NCBI GenBank assembly: GCA_963736115.1
Contig: CAVTNR010000028.1
Coordinates: forward strand, 32,001-96,000
Direction of reading: 5' to 3'
Length of the DNA stretch: 64,000 nucleotides
Origin: an uncultured bacterium
GTDB taxonomy: Bacteria > Zhuqueibacterota > QNDG01 > DTFT01
The notes under the pieces: generated by a model
Told to the model about the DNA's origin: nothing
Databases searched by the model: none
Seen by the model: the letters and a program-made list of their open reading frames with translations, nothing else
Program-made: the position numbers and the translations under genes
Part shown: positions 53,245 through 61,552 of the stretch, one piece after another
How positions within the stretch are numbered: the stretch's first letter is position 1
Layout of the letters: each line of letters begins with the position of its first letter

Positions 53245-54432
53245 TTATGCCTCGATCCGGATCAGTTCGTTCTGCTCCTCGCCCGCCACCACCACCTCCC
53301 CGCCGAGCGTGATGAAAACGTCCACTTCGGTGCGCACCGCCATTTTTCCTTCAAGGTAAATGCCCGGCTCCACGGAGAAGCAGATGCCCGGGATCAGCCG
53401 GCGCTCCTCCTTGGTCTCCAGATTGTCGATGTGCACGCCATTGCCGTGGACATTCTCGCCGATCGAATGCCCGGTACGGTGGATGAATCGGGAGCCGTAT
53501 CCCGCGTCCCGGACCACTTGCCGGCAGGCGTCGTCCACTTCCCATCCGTAACAAGGCCTGCCCTCGGCGAAACGTTTGCGGACGAAGGACACGGCCGCGT
53601 TGCGGGCGTCCCGCGCGATGCCGAAAATCTTCTCGTACTCAGCCGGCGGTTCGGCGCCCACATAGCCGCACCAGGTGATGTCCGCGAAAATCGCGCCGGG
53701 TTCATCCAACTTCGCCCAGAGGTCGATCAGCAGGGTGTCTCCCTTTTGGATCAGACGCGCGTTCGACGGCGTAGGCTCAAAATGGGGATTCGCAGGATGA
53801 TCGTTCACGCCGACGATGGGGAATTCGTCCATGCAGGTCAGTTTTTCCTCGCCGAAACGCCGGACGATGAACTTCTGCAGTTCGAACTCATTGATGAGTT
53901 TCCCCTCGCGGAGCGCCACCCGCACCTGGTCGAAAGCTTCGTCCTTGATCCGGTGGATGAGGCGGCTGGCTTCGAGATGCGACCGGTAGCCTTCTTCCGA
54001 GATGACGGCTTCGAACAGCTGGACCAGATCCGCGGAGGAAACCACTTCGTGCCCGAAACCGCGGACGAGTTCGACTGTTCCCGCGTCAACCAGGGAGACG
54101 TAGGGGATGTTGTTGAGCGGCGAATATTGCATGGCGATCCGCTTCGGCGCAGGATCGAGCATGCGACGCAGTTCTTCATGAAGCTCGGTCCAGGCCAGAT
54201 AGGCTGTTTTGCGGCCGGGAAGACCGTCGAGTTTCGTGGGTTCCACGCGGTGTACGAGCCGGACCGGATCGCCTTTCGCCGGTATGAAATAGTACCACCG
54301 CCTGCTGGTAAATTTTCCGGAATCGAGCCCCAGAACGCTGTAGGCGATCGGATCCCGGTTGTGAAAATCGCAGAGCAGCCAGCCGTCGATTTTTAAATCG
54401 ACCAGAACATCCTGAATAGCCTTGAGTTCCAT
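53245..54432 (-). CDS. M24 Xaa-Pro aminopeptidase family
   Basis: IDLW, ADIT, HRTGHSIG, SVEPGIY, VRTE. Confidence 0.9.
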   Translation of the reverse strand: MELKAIQDVLVDLKIDGWLLCDFHNRDPIAYSVLGLDSGKFTSRRWYYFIPAKGDPVRLVHRVEPTKLDGLPGRKTAYLAWTELHEELRRMLDPAPKRIAMQYSPLNNIPYVSLVDAGTVELVRGFGHEVVSSADLVQLFEAVISEEGYRSHLEASRLIHRIKDEAFDQVRVALREGKLINEFELQKFIVRRFGEEKLTCMDEFPIVGVNDHPANPHFEPTPSNARLIQKGDTLLIDLWAKLDEPGAIFADITWCGYVGAEPPAEYEKIFGIARDARNAAVSFVRKRFAEGRPCYGWEVDDACRQVVRDAGYGSRFIHRTGHSIGENVHGNGVHIDNLETKEERRLIPGICFSVEPGIYLEGKMAVRTEVDVFITLGGEVVVAGEEQNELIRIEA

Positions 54433-54435
54433 GTG

Positions 54436-55383
54436 TCAGTGCTCCTGTGGGCTTCCGCCGATTCCAAACCTCGAAACGGATGGCCCCGCATCCACCGTGT
54501 ACGGTGAAAAAGGACCGTGGATGAGAGCGATCAGCCGATTCCGCTCAGCCGGCCTGAGCCTGTTTCCGGACCGGAGCAGGAAATCCTCCGCAACAAACCG
54601 GTAATGACTGCGAAGAGAATCAAGATCGGATCTCACCTGATTTTCACCGGCAATCCCCCTGAATCCGTCCGCATGGAGCAGAAGCCGGTGCGTGGTCACA
54701 TCCGCTTCCGAATAATCCCCGCGAAATGCCTGATATTGAAAGATAAAACCGTGTATTCTCAGATCCGGGAGCATCCGGCGGAGCAAATGAGGGGATAAAT
54801 CCATTGACAGACACAGAGGACGGGATTTGACGTTGCTGCGCAGGATATACAAAAAGCAGGCCAGGACTTCCTTCGAATAACCACCTGCTGCGCATCCGGG
54901 AGGAGCAGGCTGATCTGAAGCGTTCCCCGCTTCAGGCGTCATGGATAATCCGTGCTCCCTGCGGACAGAATCCGTGAACCAGAGCCGGTCCAGGAATCCC
55001 ATGGGCAGGACCGCGACGTCGCGCCTGTATCCGTGAACAGATTGCCAGAACAGCACACTATCCGTGTCCGCCAGGGACCCGGTGAAAAGAACGGCTTTCT
55101 CAGGGCATGAATCCAGCAGAAGGCGGCCGTATTCGATCAGCCATTCCGGGAATCCGCCCCTGTCCCGGATTTTTCCGCAAACAACCGCTGTTTCCTTCCG
55201 GCTTCCATTCCGGAGCGCGATTTCCAGGTCCGCCGAGAAACGGGCATGAGGAATCCGGTAGTCCTCGGAAACGGGCGGGCGGTCCGATGCGGCCGTTCCG
55301 GACAAAGCCAGACCGGCCCAGATCGCAATTCCGGATAGAAACGCGAAGCGGGATTTAAACCGAATGGAAGATGGAGAGGTCAT
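54436..55383 (-). CDS. Hypothetical secreted protein with a DUF2723-like segment
   Basis: Signal peptide; PEKAVLFT..DT..WQSVHGYRRDV resembles my recollection of the DUF2723 C-terminal motif. Confidence 0.5.
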   Translation of the reverse strand: MTSPSSIRFKSRFAFLSGIAIWAGLALSGTAASDRPPVSEDYRIPHARFSADLEIALRNGSRKETAVVCGKIRDRGGFPEWLIEYGRLLLDSCPEKAVLFTGSLADTDSVLFWQSVHGYRRDVAVLPMGFLDRLWFTDSVRREHGLSMTPEAGNASDQPAPPGCAAGGYSKEVLACFLYILRSNVKSRPLCLSMDLSPHLLRRMLPDLRIHGFIFQYQAFRGDYSEADVTTHRLLLHADGFRGIAGENQVRSDLDSLRSHYRFVAEDFLLRSGNRLRPAERNRLIALIHGPFSPYTVDAGPSVSRFGIGGSPQEH

Positions 55384-55397
55384 GATTCGGCACCGGC

Positions 55398-55934
55398 TCA
55401 GGCCAGCTTGTATCCGATTTTCCGGAGCAGTTCCATGCGGTTCCGGACATCCTCGGGTTTTTCCGTTCCGAGCGGGGACTGGCCGTCGATCACACCGAGA
55501 ATACCCCTTCCCCGTTCGTTCTGCGCCACAATGACATCCGTGGGATTGGCCGTGGCGCAGAAGATCCGGCAGACCTCCGGAACCTGGCGCAGCACTGGAA
55601 GCACGCTCACCGGAAAGACATTCTCGAGGAAAACGATGAAGGCATGGCCCGCGCCGATGCGGAGCAGGTTGGTTTCCGCCAGGCGGGTCATTTCAGGGCT
55701 CGTTCCGCTGATCCTCAGCAGGCGCGGGCCCGAAGCCTCGCAGAAAGCCAGGCCGAAACGGATGCCTGGAACCGCCTGCACCAGCGTCTCGTGCACATCC
55801 TCGACTGTCTTGATGAAATGGGACTGGCCCAGGATGAAATTGACGGATTCCGGCTTCTCGATGGTGACGCATTCCAGATTGAAGCTCCCCGCGGCAAGCC
55901 GCGGGGAATCTTCTATCTGTAGAGAAGAAATCAT
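55398..55934 (-). CDS. Adenosine-specific kinase family (DUF355); native start displaced by an inserted element
   Basis: NFILGQSHFIKTVED, FGLAFCEASG, IFCATANP, GRGILGVIDG. Confidence 0.9.
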   Translation of the reverse strand: MISSLQIEDSPRLAAGSFNLECVTIEKPESVNFILGQSHFIKTVEDVHETLVQAVPGIRFGLAFCEASGPRLLRISGTSPEMTRLAETNLLRIGAGHAFIVFLENVFPVSVLPVLRQVPEVCRIFCATANPTDVIVAQNERGRGILGVIDGQSPLGTEKPEDVRNRMELLRKIGYKLA

Positions 55935-56080
55935 TTTATATTCGCTCGCTTTCCCCGCCGCCCGCTGCGCGGGACCAATTTATTATATTTTTAGAGTATT
56001 GAAGGCAAGCGGCGGGCCTTCAATGAGAAATTATCTTGTTGCTTGGTCCCGCGCAGCGGGGGAATGCGTTCGCTGACAGA
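55879..56080 (-). mobile_element. 202-bp IS200/IS605-like non-autonomous element with two nested cassettes
   Basis: Near-identical ends to 62730-62885; right end GATTCCCCGCGGCTTGCCGCGGGGAGCTTCAA. Confidence 0.75.
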
Positions 56081-56081
56081 T

Positions 56082-57566
56082 TCACGCATGCGCTCCCTTG
56101 CCGGATGACGCGGCGCCTCCGGACACGGCCGGCCGTTCCAGCCATCCGGCGGCGCGGAACAGATCTTCTTCGCCGAAACGCTTTCCGGTCAGCTGAACGC
56201 CGACGGGAAGCCCGTTGCGGTCGCGGCCCGCAGGGACGGATATGGCCGGAAGTCCGGCCAGGGGCGCGGTGACCGTGAATATGTCGGACAGATACATGGC
56301 CATCGGATCGTCCGTTTTTTCTCCGAGACGGAAAGCGGTTGTAGGCGTCGTCGGTCCCAGCACCACGTCGCAATTCCGGAACACGTCGTCGAAATCACGG
56401 ACGATCATTGTCCTCGCCTTCAGGGCCTTGCGGTAATAGGCCTCGACATATCCGGCTGAAAGAACGTATGTCCCCAGCAGAATACGCCGCTTGACTTCGT
56501 TCCCGAAACCCGCATGGCGCGTCCGGACCATCATGGTGTCCAGTCCGTCCTCTTCTCCGGCCCGCAGTCCATAATGGGCGCCTTCGTACCGGGCGAGGTT
56601 CGAGGACGCCTCGGCCGTGCAGATCAGATAGTAAGTCGCGATGCCGTAGGCGGCATGCGGGAGAGAAACCGGCACGAGCCGGCCGCCCGCCTGTTCCAAT
56701 CGTCCGGCCGCGGTCTCCACCGCGGCCCGGACGTCCGCGTCAACGCCGTCGTCCAGAAACTCCCTCGGCAATCCCACGCGGAGCCCCGTCATTTCCCGGC
56801 CGATGGTCTCCGAGTAGCTGGGGACGGGCTCTCCGGAGCAGGTCGCGTCCAAAGGATCCGGTCCTGCCATGACTTCGAGTATGCGCGCCGTGTCCTCCAC
56901 GGTCCGTGAAAGACTGCCGATCTGATCGAGCGAAGAGGCGAAAGCCACGAGTCCGTGCCTGGAGACGCGTCCGTAAGTCGGACGCAGTCCGACCGTTCCC
57001 GTGTGCGCCGCGGGCTGGCGCACGGAACCGCCTGTATCCGTGCCCAACGCGGCCATGACGACGCCGGCCGCGACCGCGGCCGCGGATCCGCCGCTCGATC
57101 CTCCGGGCGTCCGCTCCGGATCCGCGGGGTTCCGGACCGGGCCGAATGCGGAATTCTCGTTGGAAGACCCCATGCCGAATTCGTCCATGTTGGTCCTGCC
57201 GACGACCACCGCTCCTTCCGATCTCAGACGCCGGACAGCCGTGGCCGTGTACGGCGAGACGTATCGCTCCAGCATCCGCGAGCCGCAGGTGGTTGGAAGG
57301 CCTTCCATGGCGATCAGGTCCTTGACCCCCAATATCAAGCCCGCCAGACGGCCGGGACAACCCGCGGCCACGGCCCGGTCCGCGGCGGCCGCGTCTTCCA
57401 GCGCCTGATCGCGGCATAGGGATGTGAATGCGTTCAATCCGGCGCCGTGTTCGGCCAGCCGGAGCGCATGCTCGGCCAGCGTCTCTATCCGGATTGTACC
57501 GGACAGAACGTCTTCGCGGACAGCGGAATAATCCCGGGGAAAATCAGGGGTCGGCTGTCGTGACAT
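56082..57566 (-). CDS. gatA: Asp/Glu-tRNA amidotransferase subunit A
   Basis: TNMDEFGMGSS, PGGSSGGS, LGTDTGGSVRQPA, EASSNLARY, EVKRRILLG. Confidence 0.96.
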   Translation of the reverse strand: MSRQPTPDFPRDYSAVREDVLSGTIRIETLAEHALRLAEHGAGLNAFTSLCRDQALEDAAAADRAVAAGCPGRLAGLILGVKDLIAMEGLPTTCGSRMLERYVSPYTATAVRRLRSEGAVVVGRTNMDEFGMGSSNENSAFGPVRNPADPERTPGGSSGGSAAAVAAGVVMAALGTDTGGSVRQPAAHTGTVGLRPTYGRVSRHGLVAFASSLDQIGSLSRTVEDTARILEVMAGPDPLDATCSGEPVPSYSETIGREMTGLRVGLPREFLDDGVDADVRAAVETAAGRLEQAGGRLVPVSLPHAAYGIATYYLICTAEASSNLARYEGAHYGLRAGEEDGLDTMMVRTRHAGFGNEVKRRILLGTYVLSAGYVEAYYRKALKARTMIVRDFDDVFRNCDVVLGPTTPTTAFRLGEKTDDPMAMYLSDIFTVTAPLAGLPAISVPAGRDRNGLPVGVQLTGKRFGEEDLFRAAGWLERPAVSGGAASSGKGAHA

Positions 57567-57570
57567 GCGT

Positions 57571-57750
57571 TCAGGGCTTGGCAGAATCGTCGTTTTTCCG
57601 GTCGTCCGGATCGGGATTCTTTGTGGCATCCTTGAATTCGCGGATGCCTTTACCCAGACCCCGCGCCAGCTCCGGGATCTTCTTCGATCCGAACAGGAGC
57701 AGCACCACCAGAAGTATGATCAGAAGTTCGGGCACGCCTAAACTGGGCAT
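57571..57750 (-). CDS. tatA: Twin-arginine translocase TatA
   Basis: [33 protein letters not shown]. Confidence 0.92.
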   Translation of the reverse strand: MPSLGVPELLIILLVVLLLFGSKKIPELARGLGKGIREFKDATKNPDPDDRKNDDSAKP

Positions 57751-57803
57751 TGGGTCTCCTCTCAATGGCGGACTCCGACGGACGGACGCTTGCCGCCGCC
57801 GGT

Positions 57804-58010
57804 TCATCCTTTCAGTTTCTTTTTTTCATCAGCGTCGTTTTCGTCGATGATTTTACGCATTTCCTCTCGCGCGTTCGAAGTCATCCGCTGCAGGTCGCGG
57901 TATCCTTTTCCCAGCTTGCGCGCCACCTGGGGCAGTTCGCGGCTGCCGAACAACAGCAGGAAGATCAGCAGAATGAGAAGCAGTTCCCCCATGCCCACGG
58001 GACCGAACAT
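57804..58010 (-). CDS. TatA/TatB-family subunit
   Basis: [26 protein letters not shown]. Confidence 0.85.
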   Translation of the reverse strand: MFGPVGMGELLLILLIFLLLFGSRELPQVARKLGKGYRDLQRMTSNAREEMRKIIDENDADEKKKLKG

Positions 58011-58028
58011 GCGGTTTTCCTTTCCCGG

Positions 58029-58775
58029 TCAGGATTCCCTGCGGCTGTCCGCGATGAACAGACTGATAAAGGATTCCTCGCCCCGGGCGATGGAAGCGGT
58101 CCACTGCAGAATGCCGGACGCGATGAAGATGCAGAACATCGGGAACAAGGTCCGCTCCGGAAAGGACAGAGCCAGGCACAGGCCGGCGAGAACCAGGATC
58201 GACTTGATGCTCTGCCATCGGTCGATCCGGAAGTTCACTTTCGGCCAGTTATAGGGAATGGTACTCATCATCAGGAGGGGAACCGCCACCGCGATGAAAA
58301 ACCAGGGAAGCAGCGGGTTGGAACCGAACCAAGCGTTCTGGAAAAGCCAGAAAGTCGTGACCGTCATGGCTGAGATGGGGATGGTGAGCCCCAGATATTC
58401 ATGATCCTCGACTTCGGCGTTCATCACGTTGTACCGCGCCAGACGGTAGGCGCCCCCGAACAGGAAGAAGAAGCTCAGGGGGATGCCGATCATCGGATGC
58501 AGGGGGACGAAAACGGCCTGGTGCAGAAAAACGGCCGGAGCCAGCCCGAACGAAACGATATCACAGAGCGAATCCAGCTGGAGGCCGAAACGGCTCTCGG
58601 CGCCCGTCCATCGCGCCAGCCGTCCGTCAACCGCATCGATGATCGCGCAGATGACGACCAGCCAGGCGGCAACGTGAAAATTGCCCTCGATGGACTGCAG
58701 GATGGAAAAGAATCCGCAGAACAGATTCAGAAAAGTGAAGGTGCTCGGAATCATGGCCGTGGTTCTAGGATGCAT
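58029..58775 (-). CDS. pssA: CDP-diacylglycerol--serine O-phosphatidyltransferase
   Basis: DAVDGRLAR..G.QLDSLCDIVSFG, RLARYN; adjacent to psd. Confidence 0.88.
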   Translation of the reverse strand: MHPRTTAMIPSTFTFLNLFCGFFSILQSIEGNFHVAAWLVVICAIIDAVDGRLARWTGAESRFGLQLDSLCDIVSFGLAPAVFLHQAVFVPLHPMIGIPLSFFFLFGGAYRLARYNVMNAEVEDHEYLGLTIPISAMTVTTFWLFQNAWFGSNPLLPWFFIAVAVPLLMMSTIPYNWPKVNFRIDRWQSIKSILVLAGLCLALSFPERTLFPMFCIFIASGILQWTASIARGEESFISLFIADSRRES

Positions 58776-59430
58776 TCAGGAATTCTCCTATGATGGTTTC
58801 TCCCCCCTTCACGCGTTCCCCGGTTTTCACCCGCAAGGTAACACCCGCGGGAAGAAACAGCTCCGTCCGGGAGCCGAATTTAATCATGCCGAAGCGCGCC
58901 CCCCGGTCGACGGCATCCCCCTCCCGGACGCGGCAGACAATGCGGCGGGCGATGATGCCGGCGATCTGGCGTACGAGAAAACGGCCGGCCGGGCTCTCGA
59001 TACCGATCTCCATGCGCTCGTTGACCGCCGATGCTTCGGGCTCAAAGGCCTTGCGGAATTCGCCTTTCCGGTATGAACAATAGGTGACGCGGCCGTCCAC
59101 GGGAACACGATTGACGTGCACGTCCCAGACTGAGAGAAAAATCGCCACCCGGACCGCCTTCCCGCCCATGAAGGACGCCTCCTCCACCTCGGAGATGTCC
59201 ACAATCTGCCCGTCCGCGGGGGAGACGATTCGGTGGCTGCCTTCCGGAACGATCCGTTCCGGGTCGCGGAAAAAATACAACGTGAACACCAGGAGCAGGC
59301 CGAAGACCGCTCCCGCAACAATGAAAACCCTCCAGTGCGTGAACCGGAACAGCGCCCACATGAGGAGCGCACCAGCCGCCCACGCGGCCAGCGCGGGCAA
59401 TGATTCCTTGAACAACCGTCCTCCTATCAT
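58765..59430 (-). CDS. psd: Phosphatidylserine decarboxylase proenzyme
   Basis: FFRDPER, SPADG, DVHVNRVP, QIAG..ARRI, IKFGSR. Confidence 0.93.
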   Translation of the reverse strand: MIGGRLFKESLPALAAWAAGALLMWALFRFTHWRVFIVAGAVFGLLLVFTLYFFRDPERIVPEGSHRIVSPADGQIVDISEVEEASFMGGKAVRVAIFLSVWDVHVNRVPVDGRVTYCSYRKGEFRKAFEPEASAVNERMEIGIESPAGRFLVRQIAGIIARRIVCRVREGDAVDRGARFGMIKFGSRTELFLPAGVTLRVKTGERVKGGETIIGEFLNAS

Positions 59431-59486
59431 CAATGAGATTTTCTGAACAACGCCTCTGCGCGGGACGCTTCCCGGTCCGGAGTCTG

Positions 59487-60200
59487 TCACCGGACCTCGA
59501 TGCGCCCGGCCAGATCTTCGAACACTTCGTCCGCGTCCCGTTTGCCGATCTGGAAATGGGACATGTCCAGCCGTCCGTCCGCATCCGCGTCCCAGAGCTG
59601 GCAGGTTTCCGGGCTGATTTCGTCGCCGAGCGCCAGGGTTTCGTTCCGCATGCCGAATTCCAGAACCATATCCGCGAGCCGTAAATTCCGGCGTCCGAAG
59701 AAATCCTTGAGCACCACATTGACCTTTCGGGCGAGCCGGTCCATCTCCTGAATCTGTTCCGGCCGGCCCAAGCCGAGGATCTGGATGTGGTCCGCCTGAA
59801 CCATTGGATGATGCAGGGCCGGATTTTTCCAGGTCCACTCCAGCAGGGGCGTTTCGAAGGCCCTGCCCTTCTCGAATCCGTAACGTTTGCACAGGCTTCC
59901 GGACGCCGCGTTCCAGACCCAGACCGTGAGCGGGATCATGTCCAGCCTTCGCACCGCCATTTCACCCGGCCTGGGAACGGAAACGAAATGGGTCGGGATA
60001 TGATAATTCTCCAGAAATCGGAACAGATGGCCTGAGATGGTGCAGGCATGTTTGCCCAGGTTTTTCCCTTTGACGGGCTCTTTGCGGTCCCCGGCCGTGG
60101 TCTCGTTCTTGAACACCAGAAGGGCCGCGTCGTCCCGGTTCGTGGCGTACAGGCGCTTGGTCCTGCCTTCCTGCAGCATTTTCCCTTTTCGAATGTCCAA
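59487..60200 (-). CDS. SAICAR synthetase-like protein with degenerate active-site motifs
   Basis: PurC fold pattern (IPTHF, LDMIP, LEFG, DEISP..C.LWD) next to purB, but key residues are substituted. Confidence 0.8.
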   Translation of the reverse strand: MDIRKGKMLQEGRTKRLYATNRDDAALLVFKNETTAGDRKEPVKGKNLGKHACTISGHLFRFLENYHIPTHFVSVPRPGEMAVRRLDMIPLTVWVWNAASGSLCKRYGFEKGRAFETPLLEWTWKNPALHHPMVQADHIQILGLGRPEQIQEMDRLARKVNVVLKDFFGRRNLRLADMVLEFGMRNETLALGDEISPETCQLWDADADGRLDMSHFQIGKRDADEVFEDLAGRIEVR

Positions 60201-60252
60201 AGCGAACCTCCCTCGTTATAAATCCGCCGACAGGACGAATCGCGCCGTGTCG

Positions 60253-61551
60253 CTAGGGGATCAGGCCGGCCCTCCGGAAAATCCTGTCCACATGGCGAAG
60301 CTGGGCGCCGGGGTCGAAACAGGCCCCGATTTCAGCGGGCGTCAGCGTTTTCAGGATCTCCGGGTGACGGCCCGCGGCCGCCCTGAAGGACGCGCCGCTG
60401 TTCCAGCATTCCATCGAGAGATCCTGAACGATCCGGTACGCTTCCTCCCTCACAAGGCCCTTCGCAACCAGCGCCAGAAGCAGGGTCTGGGAGAAAACCA
60501 GGCCGCCGGTTTTTTCCAGGTTCTCGAGCATGCGGCCGGGATGAACCACCAGCTTTTCGATCAAAGTCGACGTCTTGGAAATCATGTAATGCATCAGAAT
60601 ATTGGCGTCCGGAAAAACCACGCGCTCGACCGAGGAATGAGAGATGTCCCGCTCATGCCAGAGGGGCTGGTTTTCCATTCCGCAGAGCGCGTAGGAGCGC
60701 ATCAGGCGGGCCAGGCCCGCGATTCGCTCGCAGACGATGGGATTCCGTTTGTGGGGCATGGCCGAGGACCCTTTCTGGCCCTTGGAGAAGTATTCCTCGG
60801 CCTCGAGCACTTCGGTCCTCTGGAGATGCCGGATCTCGACCGCCATCTTTTCGAGCGTGCCTGCGAGCACGGCCAGGACGGCGAGGTACTCGGCATGGCG
60901 GTCCCGCTGGACGACCTGGTTCGACACGGGCGCTGGACGAAGCCCCAGCCGGCCGCAAGCCTCCTCCTCGACTTCCGGATCCAGATGGGCGAATGTCCCG
61001 ACGGCGCCGGAAATCTTGCCGACGGATACGCTCTCGACCGCGGCTTCGAGCCGGCCGATCGACCGGCCGATTTCGTCGTACCACAGGGCGAGTTTGAGGC
61101 CGAAGGTGATGGGTTCCGCGTGCACGCCGTGCGTGCGGCCGATGCACACCGTGTCCTTGTGCTCCAGTGCCCTGCGGCCGATCCGTTCGCGGAGCCCCTC
61201 CAAGCCGCCAAGCAGGAGCCGTCCCGCCTCCCCGAGCTGAAGCGAAGTGGCCGTGTCCAGAACGTCCGACGAGGTCATGCCCATATGGATGAACCGGGAT
61301 TCGGGTCCGACTTTCTCGGCCACGCTGGTGAGAAAAGCGATGACATCGTGCTGGACCGTTTCCTCGATTTCGGCGATCCGGATCGGGTCGAATCCGGCCC
61401 TGGTCCGAATGACGTCCATCGCCCCGGCGGGGATCACGCCGCGGCCGGCCTGGACCTCGCACACCGCGAGCTCCACATCCAGCCATTTCCGGTAGCGGTT
61501 CTCCAGGCTCCAGACGGCGCCCATTTCGGGCAGGGTGTAGCGGTCGATCAC
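60253..61551 (-). CDS. purB: Adenylosuccinate lyase
   Basis: MIDRY, HDVIAF, GRTHG, GSSAMPHKRNP. Confidence 0.97.
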   Translation of the reverse strand: MIDRYTLPEMGAVWSLENRYRKWLDVELAVCEVQAGRGVIPAGAMDVIRTRAGFDPIRIAEIEETVQHDVIAFLTSVAEKVGPESRFIHMGMTSSDVLDTATSLQLGEAGRLLLGGLEGLRERIGRRALEHKDTVCIGRTHGVHAEPITFGLKLALWYDEIGRSIGRLEAAVESVSVGKISGAVGTFAHLDPEVEEEACGRLGLRPAPVSNQVVQRDRHAEYLAVLAVLAGTLEKMAVEIRHLQRTEVLEAEEYFSKGQKGSSAMPHKRNPIVCERIAGLARLMRSYALCGMENQPLWHERDISHSSVERVVFPDANILMHYMISKTSTLIEKLVVHPGRMLENLEKTGGLVFSQTLLLALVAKGLVREEAYRIVQDLSMECWNSGASFRAAAGRHPEILKTLTPAEIGACFDPGAQLRHVDRIFRRAGLIP

Positions 61552-61552
61552 G

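Noticed and set aside
55879-56080. CRISPR array or group I intron (IStron)
   Set aside because: No tandem direct repeat-spacer array and no cas genes; 156-202 bp with no recognisable intron core.
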